Origin: Pachysolen tannophilus NRRL Y-2460
Taxonomy: Eukaryota
Length of the DNA stretch: 64,000 nt
Assembly: GCA_001661245.1 (NCBI GenBank)
Contig: KV454016.1
Span: 289,868 to 353,867 of the forward strand
Direction of reading: 5' to 3'
Shown here: positions 1 to 9,817 of the stretch, in pieces
Position numbering within the stretch: position 1 is the stretch's first letter
How the letters are laid out: each line of letters opens with the position of its first letter
Notes under the pieces: generated by a model
Told to the model about the DNA's origin: nothing
What the model saw: the letters and a program-made list of their open reading frames with translations, nothing else
Databases searched by the model: none
Translations under genes and position numbers: made by a program

Positions 1-2317
1 CAATATTTTTCACAGGAATATTTTCATTTTCCAAAAGTGAACTATTTTCATCCTCTTCTTTAATATCAATTGTAGGAGATTTCTCTGTTGATTTTTCAGA
101 AAGTTCTAATTCTCTTAAAATTCTCTTGTTTTTCCTTTTCTCAAATTGAACTTCAATCCATTTTCTTTTTTCTTCTGAATCTTCCCCACCAAATAAATGA
201 GATGCTCTTTTCTGAACTCTAAATCTTAAATCATTATCTTTATTCCTCTCACTATTAGAAATTCTCCATTTTTTCTTGCGTTCTCTATTTTCCAGTTTAA
301 TCTTTTCTTTCAATGTCTTTTCATCATAAAAATTTTTCCTGTTTACATCATATTTTTTCGCAGTAAACACTTGGTACTTGTTATTATTAAGATTATTATT
401 CTTAGTAATACTAATATTATTATTGTTACCCACACTAACATTAAAATTTTTAATGGCTTCAGTGATAGCATGAGTTATTATTGAAATTGTGTTTTCCGGT
501 AACTCTTTTTGTGTTCCCGAAGTAATCTTTTTAATAGCTGTTTGAATAGAATCATTCAGCAGTCCCTTATCAAAAGTCGATAACGGCTGCACTTTTTGCG
601 TCTGTTGCTGCAGATGCGGTTGGAGAGGTTGCGGTTGCAGTTGTTGCAGTTGTTGCAGTTGTTGTTGATGATGATGATGATGTGGTTGATGTTGATGTTG
701 ATGTTGTTGATTTAACAATTTTTCTTGTTCTGATATTTCCTTTAACGAAGAGATAGAAGAATAATCCCTCATAGGTTTCATACTTGACCTTTTCAATGCT
801 AAAGTTTCCTTAATCGATAAAGGCTTCAATTGTGATTGTGCTGTAGTAGAAGTTAACGAGGCAAATTGTTTTTGTGGTCCCTGTACTTCACTAACATTGT
901 TCTTCTTCAGTTGAACATTCAGATTCGAATTATCAATGATTGAGGAACCAGGAGGAGACTTCGGTTTCCTAGTATATGCTCTCTTCTGTTTAACTTCATT
1001 TGGAGGTTTAACCGATTTAACTTGAGTTGGAGCTTTATTTTTCTTTTGTTCCAGTTGCTTTGTGGTAGTATTGCTAGTGCTAGCACTAGCGCCAGTGCCA
1101 GTGCCAGTGGTAGCAGTTGTAGTTGTAGTGGTAGTTGTAGCTATTGGTATAGTTTTTGGTGTAATTGTTTGTTGCGGTGATTTTTTTGTAACTACTGAAT
1201 TTTTCAAGATATCTGAAATTTCCTCAATTGTTCGACTTTCATGGTTACCAAATTCAATTGAAGTGGCCATTTGTATGGCGTTGTTTAAAATCTCATTGAT
1301 ATTAATCTCATCTTCATCTGTTGCAGCATTATTATTATTATTATTATTATTTTTATTTTCATTGTCATTATCATTATTATTATTATTACTTGAATCCTTT
1401 AATTTGTTCAACTGTTTTAGAACTTTCTGTTGCTGGGATTCATCCTTATCTTTTTCTTTTCCTCCAGTCTCCAACTGTTCTTCTTCTCCATGAGTCTTAT
1501 TCACTGTATGTTCTATAATCTTGGACAATTCTTCTTGAAGATCTTCACCAACAATGTCCTTAAATTTTTCCTTAGGAGTTTCTTTAGAATGAGTCTCAAG
1601 AATAGCATCTGTAATCAAATTTTTCAAATGTAAAAGGTGCATATCGCCACTATCCTTACCACTATGGTTATTGTTATCCACTTCTTCTTCTTCTTCTTTT
1701 TCTTCTTGCTCTTGCTCAACATGATCATCATCTCCTTTCTTTATGTGAGTTTCGCCAAGTTGAAAATCGTGATTATGTTCATGCGCATGATCGTGATCTT
1801 TTATGAATTGACCAACATTCTGTAATATACTTTCAAGGTCAAAATTATCATCATCAGCACCAGCACCAGCATCAGCATCAGCATCAGCATCACTACTCCT
1901 AGCATTATTCAGTGAATGCTCCTCACCATGACCATGTTCAGAACCAACATTAGTACCGCTACTATCATTATCATGATTATCATTGCGAAACAATTGCTGT
2001 GCAACTTCTTCAAATATCCTTTGATGATCAAGCTCCTCTTCCTCATCTTCCGAATCTACCTTCACATCATCATCATCATCATCATCATCATTATGATTAT
2101 CATTATTATCATTATTATCATTATTATTATTATTAGTCTCATCATCATTATCATTCAACTTTGCAGAACTATCAACATTAATACCTGCATCACCATTACC
2201 ATTGCCATTGGCTCTACCATCATTCTCATCATCATCACTACCGCCACCATTTAGCAGCGTCATCGCATTAGCAATCACATCTGCCAACGCTTGGTTCAAA
2301 TCATCTGCGCTAGACAT
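1..2317 (-). CDS. DUF3020-domain low-complexity protein, 3' end truncated by the window edge
   Basis: ATG at 2317 (MSSADDLNQALADVIANAM...). The same frame near 130-300 reads NRERKKKWRISNSERNKDNDLRFRVQKRASHLFG, matching the recalled fungal DUF3020 motif. Acidic, Asn and Gln tracts lie in between. Absent from the ORF track because there is no stop inside the window. Confidence 0.75.
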   Translation of the reverse strand, partial: MSSADDLNQALADVIANAMTLLNGGGSDDDENDGRANGNGNGDAGINVDSSAKLNDNDDETNNNNNDNNDNNDNHNDDDDDDDDVKVDSEDEEEELDHQRIFEEVAQQLFRNDNHDNDSSGTNVGSEHGHGEEHSLNNARSSDADADADAGAGADDDNFDLESILQNVGQFIKDHDHAHEHNHDFQLGETHIKKGDDDHVEQEQEEKEEEEEVDNNNHSGKDSGDMHLLHLKNLITDAILETHSKETPKEKFKDIVGEDLQEELSKIIEHTVNKTHGEEEQLETGGKEKDKDESQQQKVLKQLNKLKDSSNNNNNDNDNENKNNNNNNNNAATDEDEININEILNNAIQMATSIEFGNHESRTIEEISDILKNSVVTKKSPQQTITPKTIPIATTTTTTTTATTGTGTGASASTSNTTTKQLEQKKNKAPTQVKSVKPPNEVKQKRAYTRKPKSPPGSSIIDNSNLNVQLKKNNVSEVQGPQKQFASLTSTTAQSQLKPLSIKETLALKRSSMKPMRDYSSISSLKEISEQEKLLNQQHQHQHQPHHHHHQQQLQQLQQLQPQPLQPHLQQQTQKVQPLSTFDKGLLNDSIQTAIKKITSGTQKELPENTISIITHAITEAIKNFNVSVGNNNNISITKNNNLNNNKYQVFTAKKYDVNRKNFYDEKTLKEKIKLENRERKKKWRISNSERNKDNDLRFRVQKRASHLFGGEDSEEKRKWIEVQFEKRKNKRILRELELSEKSTEKSPTIDIKEEDENSSLLENENIPVKNI

Positions 2318-2593
2318 CTACAAAACCTTATCTCAATCTCTTTTATCTCTTTATCTCTTTATCTGATAAGGGTTTTGTTTTATTTTTTATCTTACTAAAA
2401 CAAGGAAAAGTGACTGTTTATATGTGACTGCAAAATTTTCACCTTTTTTAATAATTTCTTAATTTTTAATCTTCAACTAAAAACCCATAAAAAGTAGTGT
2501 TGAAAGTAAACAAAAACTCCCAAAATAGTAAGAACAACCAAAAACGGATAATTTGAGCAGAAATGAACTAAAATGGATTAAAAAAAACAAAAC

Positions 2594-2713
2594 AGGGGCT
2601 GTGTAATCACATCATATAGGGGCTGTGAAGTTTTTTTTGTTTTTTAAAAACATCAGGGGCGTTTAGTGATTTTTACAAAATTTATAAAAAATTGTAAAAT
2701 GTTTTGGGGCTGT
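2594..2713. promoter_or_regulatory. Cluster of AGGGG (STRE-like)/GGGGCTGT motifs in a divergent promoter
   Basis: AGGGGCTGTG at 2594 and 2618, AGGGGCG at 2655 and GGGGCTGT at 2706, in otherwise AT-rich DNA. Confidence 0.45.
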
Positions 2714-2882
2714 TTGGAGTTTTAGCTTTCTTTGAAAGGAAAGATGATAGTGAGGGCCATTCTTTGGACCAGTTGGGTCACTTAACTCTAACAAAAAAAA
2801 AAGAAGAAAAGGTTACTGGTAACGACAACAATATCAATAATATAATAATATCACTAACGATAAGGATAGCAAGAAGAGAATC

Positions 2883-4794
2883 ATGGGTGATACCTCTACA
2901 TCTATTGAAGATCTAGTTGCCAATTGGCTTTCTATGGATGTTGTAAGTATGAGATTTTAAAAATTCAAGTCTTAGAGGTATTAATTATTTAACTAACTAA
3001 TTTATTTATTTAATGAATATATAGAACCCCATAACTAGACAAGAAATTATTGAATTACAACGTAGCGGTAATGTTCACGAATTGGAGCAAAGATTAAGGG
3101 GCCGGATTTTGTTTGGTACAGCGGGGCTACGTGCTCGTATGGAAGCTGGTTTTACTAGGATGAATGATGTTACTGTATTACAGGCATCTCAAGGTTTAGC
3201 TAGTTATATTTTAAAACAAAAATTTGATGAGCCAAGTATTGTAATAGGACATGATCATAGACATAATTCTGAGCGTTTTGCTTTTATTACAGCATCTGTT
3301 TTCATTTTGAAAAAAATAAAAGTTTATTTTTTAGGTAATACAGGATTAAAAGTTATTCCAACACCATTAGTTCCATTTACAGTTGATTATTATCATAGTT
3401 CATGTGGTGTAATGATAACTGCTAGTCATAATCCTGCAGCAGATAATGGTTATAAGGTCTATTGGGGGAATGGATGTCAAATAATCCCACCTCATGATAG
3501 ATTAATTCAAGATGAGATTATGAAAAATTTAAATCCGTGGGAAAATTGTTGGAATTTAAATGAAAATATTAAAATTGCAATTTTGGAAAAAAAATTTCAA
3601 CAAATTAGAGATTTAATGATTGAAAATTATATTTCAAGTATTGAAAAGAAATTAATTAAAAATTTTTTTCAAAAATCATTAAATGGAAAAACAAAAATTA
3701 AAGTTGTTTATACTCCAATGCATGGTGTAGGTTTAGAAATTGTTGAAAAAATAATTAAAAAACATTTAAAATTTGTTGAATTAATAATAACAACAGAACA
3801 AGCAAAGATGGATCCAGATTTTAATACTGTTAAGTTTCCAAATCCTGAAGAAAAAGGTGCTTTGGATTTAGCAATTCAAACTGCAAATTCAATTGAAGAT
3901 TGTAATTTAGTATTAGCAAATGATCCAGATGCTGATCGATTTTCTGTTGCTATTAAATATCAAGGTTCATGGAAACAATTAACAGGTAATGAAATTGGTT
4001 TATTATTTGCAGATTATGTAATCTCGCAATTTCCTTTAAATCAATTAAATAATATTTATATTTTAAATTCAACTGTTTCATCACAAATGATAAAATCAAT
4101 GGCTTCAAAATTAGGATTTCATTATTTAGATACTTTAACTGGATTTAAATGGATTGGTAACAAAGCTATAGATTTAGAAAAATCTGGATTTCAAGTACCT
4201 TTTGCTTATGAAGAAGCAATTGGTTTTATGTTTCCCGTGGTACATGATAAAGATGGTATATCTGCATTAATAGTCTTCTTACAAATGTATAAGAGCTGGC
4301 TCTTTAACAACACAAATGGTATTGAAAAATTAAAAGAATCTTTTGAAAAATTTGGGTTTTTCAAAGAATGTAATGGGTATTATATCGTACCAGATACAGA
4401 AACAACACCTTATATTTTTAATCAAATTATAAGAAATTCAAAACCATACCCTACTACTATAGGCACAGATTTCATAGTAACCCAATGGAGAGACTTAACT
4501 TTCGGATACGACTCAGCTACACCAAACCACAAACCACAACTACCAGTTGACAACTCCTCACAAATGATTACATGTGTCTTGAAACCTACAGATTCACATT
4601 CTCACATTGTCAGTGATGAAGAATTTGTCAGATTCACCGCTAGAGGTTCAGGTACAGAACCAAAACTAAAAGTCTACATTGAAGGAAAGGCCTCTACGGA
4701 ACAAAGCGCTCTTGAACTAGCACAAAGAGCCTGGCAATCTCTCAAAACCGAATGGTTCAAACCTTCTGAAAACCATCTCATCGAGAAAGTGTAA
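2883..4794 (+). CDS. PRM15: Phosphoribomutase/phosphoglucomutase (PRM15/PGM3 family); exons 2883-2942 and 3025-4794
   Basis: Motifs FGTAGLR, ITASHNP (catalytic Ser), DPDADR and RGSGTEPKLK. Intron 2943-3024 has GTAAGT, an AACTAAC branch point and TAG, and joins in frame (MGDTSTSIEDLVANWLSMDV|NPITRQEI). Confidence 0.92.
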
Positions 4795-5312
4795 GATCCT
4801 AAGAAAAACAAACAGTAGTGCACCAAACACCCAAACATCCAAAAATGGTAATTTTCTTTTTCTTTATATACAAATTCGGGGGTAATAATAATAATAATAA
4901 TATTAAAAAAAAATGATAGTAATAAAATGATAATAGTAATAATAATAATAGTAGTATTAAAGGAATCAGCCACTCTTCTTGATCCAAAAAAGAAAGTACA
5001 CGAGCGTCTTAAGATATATTGGTATTAAAGACTTTATTTCAAGTAGATTAGTTTGAGTTGATTTATTTTTCATCATTAAAGAATTAATATAAGATTGAAA
5101 GAAACGTTGTTTTACAATCAATATATATATATATATTAAAAAATTTTTTTTTTTTCTTTCTTTCTTCTCTTGTTCTTTTATTGATTGTGTTAATTTACAA
5201 TCAGTGTTGACGTTGATTTATATTGGCGTTTATAATTTTTCAAAGACTGGTGGCAGCGATTAGACCCTGCTCGTTTGTACTAGGTTTGAAGAAAGAAATT
5301 TTTGGTGATATA

Positions 5313-6887
5313 ATGAGAATTTTGCGATCACACGGGAAGAAGACTGATTTACCATTGTAAGTTTTAAAATATATTATTACATATATATATTTTATTAAGT
5401 TTAATCAACTAACAAAAAAATAAATTTTTTTTTTTTTTTTTTTGCTTTAAATTAGTTCGCAACCTTTATATCCAAAGAAGAAGAGTGGTTTGAGTAGTTA
5501 TATCAGATATAAGAATGAATTATATAAAATTTTAGGAGTGATTGTTGTAATATTTTTCATTTATTCAATATTTAAAAAATCAAATTCTGAAATAGATGCG
5601 CGTTCTAGTGCACAAGAATTGGATGATTTATTGGAACTGAAATTACATAGTATTCTGGATGATCATAGACATTATACAGTGACAAAAGATGGAGTAATAG
5701 ATAATAATGAAGATTCTTCAAATAAAGAATTAGAAGAAAATTCTTTAGGGTATGATGTTGAATTTTATGATCTTAATTATTATCAAGCAGATGATTCAAA
5801 TGGTGAAGCAAAAGATGATGTCATACTTTTATGTATACCATTAAGAGATGCAGAACCTATATTACCATTAATGTTTAGAAATTTGATGAATTTAACATAT
5901 TCTCATAGTTTAATAGATTTAGCTTTCTTAGTTAGTGATTGTTCAGATGGTGATCAAACTTTACAAACATTATTTGAATATAGTGTACTTTTACAAAATG
6001 GTACATTATTAGATTTTTTAGATAAAGAAGAAGAATTGAAAAAATTAGAAAAAAGACAAGGTTCAAAAGATTTATATTTAAAATATATGGAAGAAGCATA
6101 TGTAAATAGATTAAAAAATGCTTTTCAACCACCTTATCATCAAAATTATACAAAACCTTTTAGAAGTGTTGAAATTTATAATAAAGATTTTGGACAAGTT
6201 ATTGGACAAGGTTTTAGTGATAGACATGATGTTAAAGTCCAAGGAATTAGAAGAAAACTTATGGGTAGATCAAGAAATTGGTTAGTATCTGCCGCGTTAA
6301 AACCTTATCATTCATGGGTTTATTGGAGAGATGCAGATATTGAAACTTCACCTGGAGAAATTATTCAAGATTTAATGAAACATGTTGATTTTGATGTTAT
6401 AGTACCAAACGTTTGGAGACCATTACCAACTTTTTTAGGAAATGAACAACCTTATGATTTAAATTCATGGATTGAAAGTGAAGCTGCTTTACAATTAGCA
6501 TCCACGTTAGGTGAAGATGATGTCATAGTGGAAGGTTATGCAGAATATCCTACTTGGAGAGCTCATTTGGCCTATATAAGAGAACCTGAAGGAAATATAA
6601 ATGAATGTATAGATTTAGATGGTGTTGGTGGAGTTTCAATATTGGCAAAACTGAAAGTATTCAGAAGTGGAGTTAATTTTCCTGCATTTACTTTTATGAA
6701 TCATGCAGAAACTGAAGGATTTGGTAAAATGGCTAGAAAAATGGGATTCAGAGTAGGTGGTTTACCACATTATACAATATGGCATGTTTATGAACCATCA
6801 GATGATGATTTGAAAAGTATTGGGAAATTGGAAAGAAAGAATAGGAGATTACTACGTAGAACAAAGAAGAAAACTATTAGTGAGTAA
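5313..6887 (+). CDS. VAN1: Golgi mannan polymerase I subunit (Anp1/Van1/Mnn9 family, GT62); exons 5313-5356 and 5456-6887
   Basis: WVYWRDADIE, WRPLPTFLG..QPYDLNSW and LPHYTIWHVYEPS match Van1. N-terminal transmembrane segment. Intron 5357-5455 (GTAAGT, AACTAAC, TAG) joins in frame and supplies the ATG. Confidence 0.88.
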
Positions 6888-7367
6888 TTAAAATAGCTAT
6901 TTATCTTGTTATCATATTCATAATTACAATTAAAGTTGTGAGAAATTGTACATTTATAATTTGCAATAATGTTAGAAATACAAAAGAAAGCATAAAAGAA
7001 TCAGAAAAAAAAACTAAAAAAATTAATAAATAAATAATTAAGAGTAATGAAAAAAAAGAAAAAACAATGAAAAAAAAACAACAGCAGAAATATGGTTTTT
7101 ATTTATAGACTTAGTGGTTCCATTTTTATTAAAACATTTTTGTTAAAATCTATAAAAGTTCATTTCAGAACTAATATTTCATTTTTTTCTTTTGTTGTGG
7201 ACCATGTTATGTATAATGTAAAATATAGTACTTTTAAGTGGTGAAAATGAAAAATGTTTTATCTTAAGTTTAATCAATGAAACGGAAATTAAAGAATGGA
7301 AATTAAAGAAGTAAAAAAGTAAAGAAGTAAAGAAGTAAAAAAAAAATATTATAACAAACCTCATCTA

Positions 7368-8939
7368 TTATAAAACCAGGATTCCCATAATGAATCCAAA
7401 TAATCCTAATAATGAAGTTGGACACAGGCCTAAGCCACCAATGTTTGAAGAATGAGAAGATGAAGATGAAGACAGAGAAGCTGAAGCTGAATTGTAGACA
7501 GTTGAAAATGATGATGAATAATATCCAGAATTATTGGAACCATTATTGAAAGCAGTAACACTTTGTCCCGATGAAGAGACAGAACTTGTAGCAACTGAAT
7601 ATGTAGATGTACTGACAGTTCCAGAACTCACACTAATATCATTGTCATTTCTAAGGGCAAATCCAACAGTTTGGTTTGTTATACTGAAAATAGAGTAAAC
7701 GGTTTTCAAAAAAACTCCTCCTAAAATCCAAGAATCATCACCTCCTAAATCTATTCCTTGGATATTACTAATACAGTAACCGTAGTATATAGAAGTATCA
7801 GGGTAAGCATCTCCAAGATAACTATCTGGGTGTAAAGAAAAGTTATATCCACCAATCTCAAATTCTATAACTTCTGTAGAATTACAATAAATTGCATAAT
7901 TTTCACCATCACCAACAGAATTATCAAAATAAGAATGAACTTTTAAAGCATCTTTTGAGTTTAATACTAACGCAGTAGTACCTGAATCAACAATAGCAAA
8001 ACGAGAATCGTTTCTCTCTTGACCATTTATTGTTTGTGAATCAGTGAAAACAATTTGTGTTTCGTCAATATAGACACCAGATATTTCAATTTTCCAATAA
8101 GCATCTGAATTTGAAATAACATCAGTAGAATATATATCTCCATAATATAATTCATCTAAAATTGAACCTATAGTCAAGATACCAGTAAATGAATCCTGCT
8201 CTGCAGTAGTACCATTATTTAAAAAAATTGTAAACATATCCGACGAAATCAGATTTTCATTATATAAAGTCCCTATCAAATCCATTGGTTTATTTGAAGA
8301 AGAGTTTGAAGATAACCCCAAGATACCGCTAATATCATATTCACTCAAGGACAGTGGAACCTCAGTAGCCATTCCAATTTCAAAATCCACCAATTCAAAC
8401 CCTCCAATAGTTACATTTTCCAGTGTGATGTCTCCTTCAGCGGTTCCTGAAGAATACGCCAAAGTAAATGAACTAGTAGCTGAAGAAGTGGTTGTAGAAG
8501 ACGCAGTAGAAGTTGCAGAAGAAGAGCTATCATTATCATCACATGAGGAACAATCACTAGCATAAACCCATAAATAAGGTGAAGCAGTATCTAAAAGAAC
8601 CGTATAGTTACTATTATTGATTGTCACGTTCAAAAAATAAGCTTCGTAGTCGTCATTACTGGTTAAAAGTATGATTCCATCAGTTAATTCCAACGTTGAA
8701 GAACTTGACGAAGATGATGATGATGATGATGACGATGACGATGACGAAGAAACTTCATCATCTTTAGTAACTAGACTTCCCTTGTATAACGACGAAGATG
8801 TCACAACTTTCGATTCTGTTTCGATATCAGAAACTTTATAACAGCTATCGGATGATTCTATATAAGTGGGCGGAGAAACAAGAAATGCAAGACATGATGA
8901 TACTATTACGTTCAATAGTATGAAAATTTTTATAACCAT
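7368..8939 (-). CDS. Secreted, probably GPI-anchored pepsin-family (yapsin-like) aspartyl protease
   Basis: Signal peptide, LLDTAS and IVDSGT catalytic motifs, WILGGVFLK..YSIF, Ser/Thr-rich stalk and hydrophobic C-terminus. Confidence 0.88.
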   Translation of the reverse strand: MVIKIFILLNVIVSSCLAFLVSPPTYIESSDSCYKVSDIETESKVVTSSSLYKGSLVTKDDEVSSSSSSSSSSSSSSSSSSTLELTDGIILLTSNDDYEAYFLNVTINNSNYTVLLDTASPYLWVYASDCSSCDDNDSSSSATSTASSTTTSSATSSFTLAYSSGTAEGDITLENVTIGGFELVDFEIGMATEVPLSLSEYDISGILGLSSNSSSNKPMDLIGTLYNENLISSDMFTIFLNNGTTAEQDSFTGILTIGSILDELYYGDIYSTDVISNSDAYWKIEISGVYIDETQIVFTDSQTINGQERNDSRFAIVDSGTTALVLNSKDALKVHSYFDNSVGDGENYAIYCNSTEVIEFEIGGYNFSLHPDSYLGDAYPDTSIYYGYCISNIQGIDLGGDDSWILGGVFLKTVYSIFSITNQTVGFALRNDNDISVSSGTVSTSTYSVATSSVSSSGQSVTAFNNGSNNSGYYSSSFSTVYNSASASLSSSSSSHSSNIGGLGLCPTSLLGLFGFIMGILVL

Positions 8940-9429
8940 GCTACTTTGATTTCTCTTCTTCTTTTATTCTAACCTGTTTTGTTCTGGCTTGAAGATCTTC
9001 TTTAGTAAACTTCAATTATCAACTCTGCCAAATTACAATACAAACACTATTATGCAATAAAATGAAAAATTCAAGAATTCAAGAAATGAAGAAATGAAAA
9101 ATGAAAAAAAAAAATAGTTAGAAAAAAAGGTAAAAAAAAAAAAATAAAAAAAAAAAAAATGCAAATTGAATATAACGAGTGATTCAACTTTTGATATTGC
9201 TACTGGTCTTCAGTTTATATTAGCAATCCTACCGTTTTTACTTCTTATGTTGAATTAATTTTTTAAAAATATTTCAAATATATATAAATATACATATATA
9301 TATATATATATAATACCTGTAAATAAATAATACCCCAAATATCACGCATGTATTCTTCCATTGACTTTTTCCCTTTTTGGTTTAGGGAATCTCGGGCAAA
9401 TAGAGAATTTCCTTTTATGGAAATGAAAA

Positions 9430-9522
9430 ACGCGCGTCAGGTCAGAACGGGTGCAGAACGATTGCAGAATGGGTACTAAACATTCTTACATGATGAATAG
9501 TATTATTTTGATGACGCGCGTC
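9430..9522. promoter_or_regulatory. Two ACGCGCGT (MCB/CGCG-type) sites upstream of the aspartyl protease
   Basis: ACGCGCGTC at 9430 and the perfect palindrome GACGCGCGTC at 9513-9522. Confidence 0.4.
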
Positions 9523-9817
9523 GATCTTAAACAAATGGGTCAATTAGTGAACCAAAACAAAATTTTTTGGTTTTACCAAGTAATTTTGTATAGTTACTGG
9601 GCGTGTTTTGGGGAAGCCGGAGATGACGAAATATGATCTGGTTGTTTTGATCTTTGATTTTGCGTCCTCTAATGTGAATTCAAGTTGTTATGTGAAAAGA
9701 ATATTAAAAAAGTAAACAAAACTTGCGGTTAATTCCGAATGTTTTTATTTTTTTTTTTAATTTTAATCTTTTTCATTTTTTTGAAAGAGGAGGAAGAGGA
9801 GGGGGAGGAGGTTTCTT

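Noticed and set aside
1062..2254. Plus-strand hydrophobic ORFs (poly-Leu/Ile/Val)
   Set aside because: They are antisense shadows of the Asn/Asp/Thr repeats in the minus-strand DUF3020 gene. The same applies to similar ORFs inside FCP1, the GCR1_C gene, DSK2, MRN1 and GAL4.
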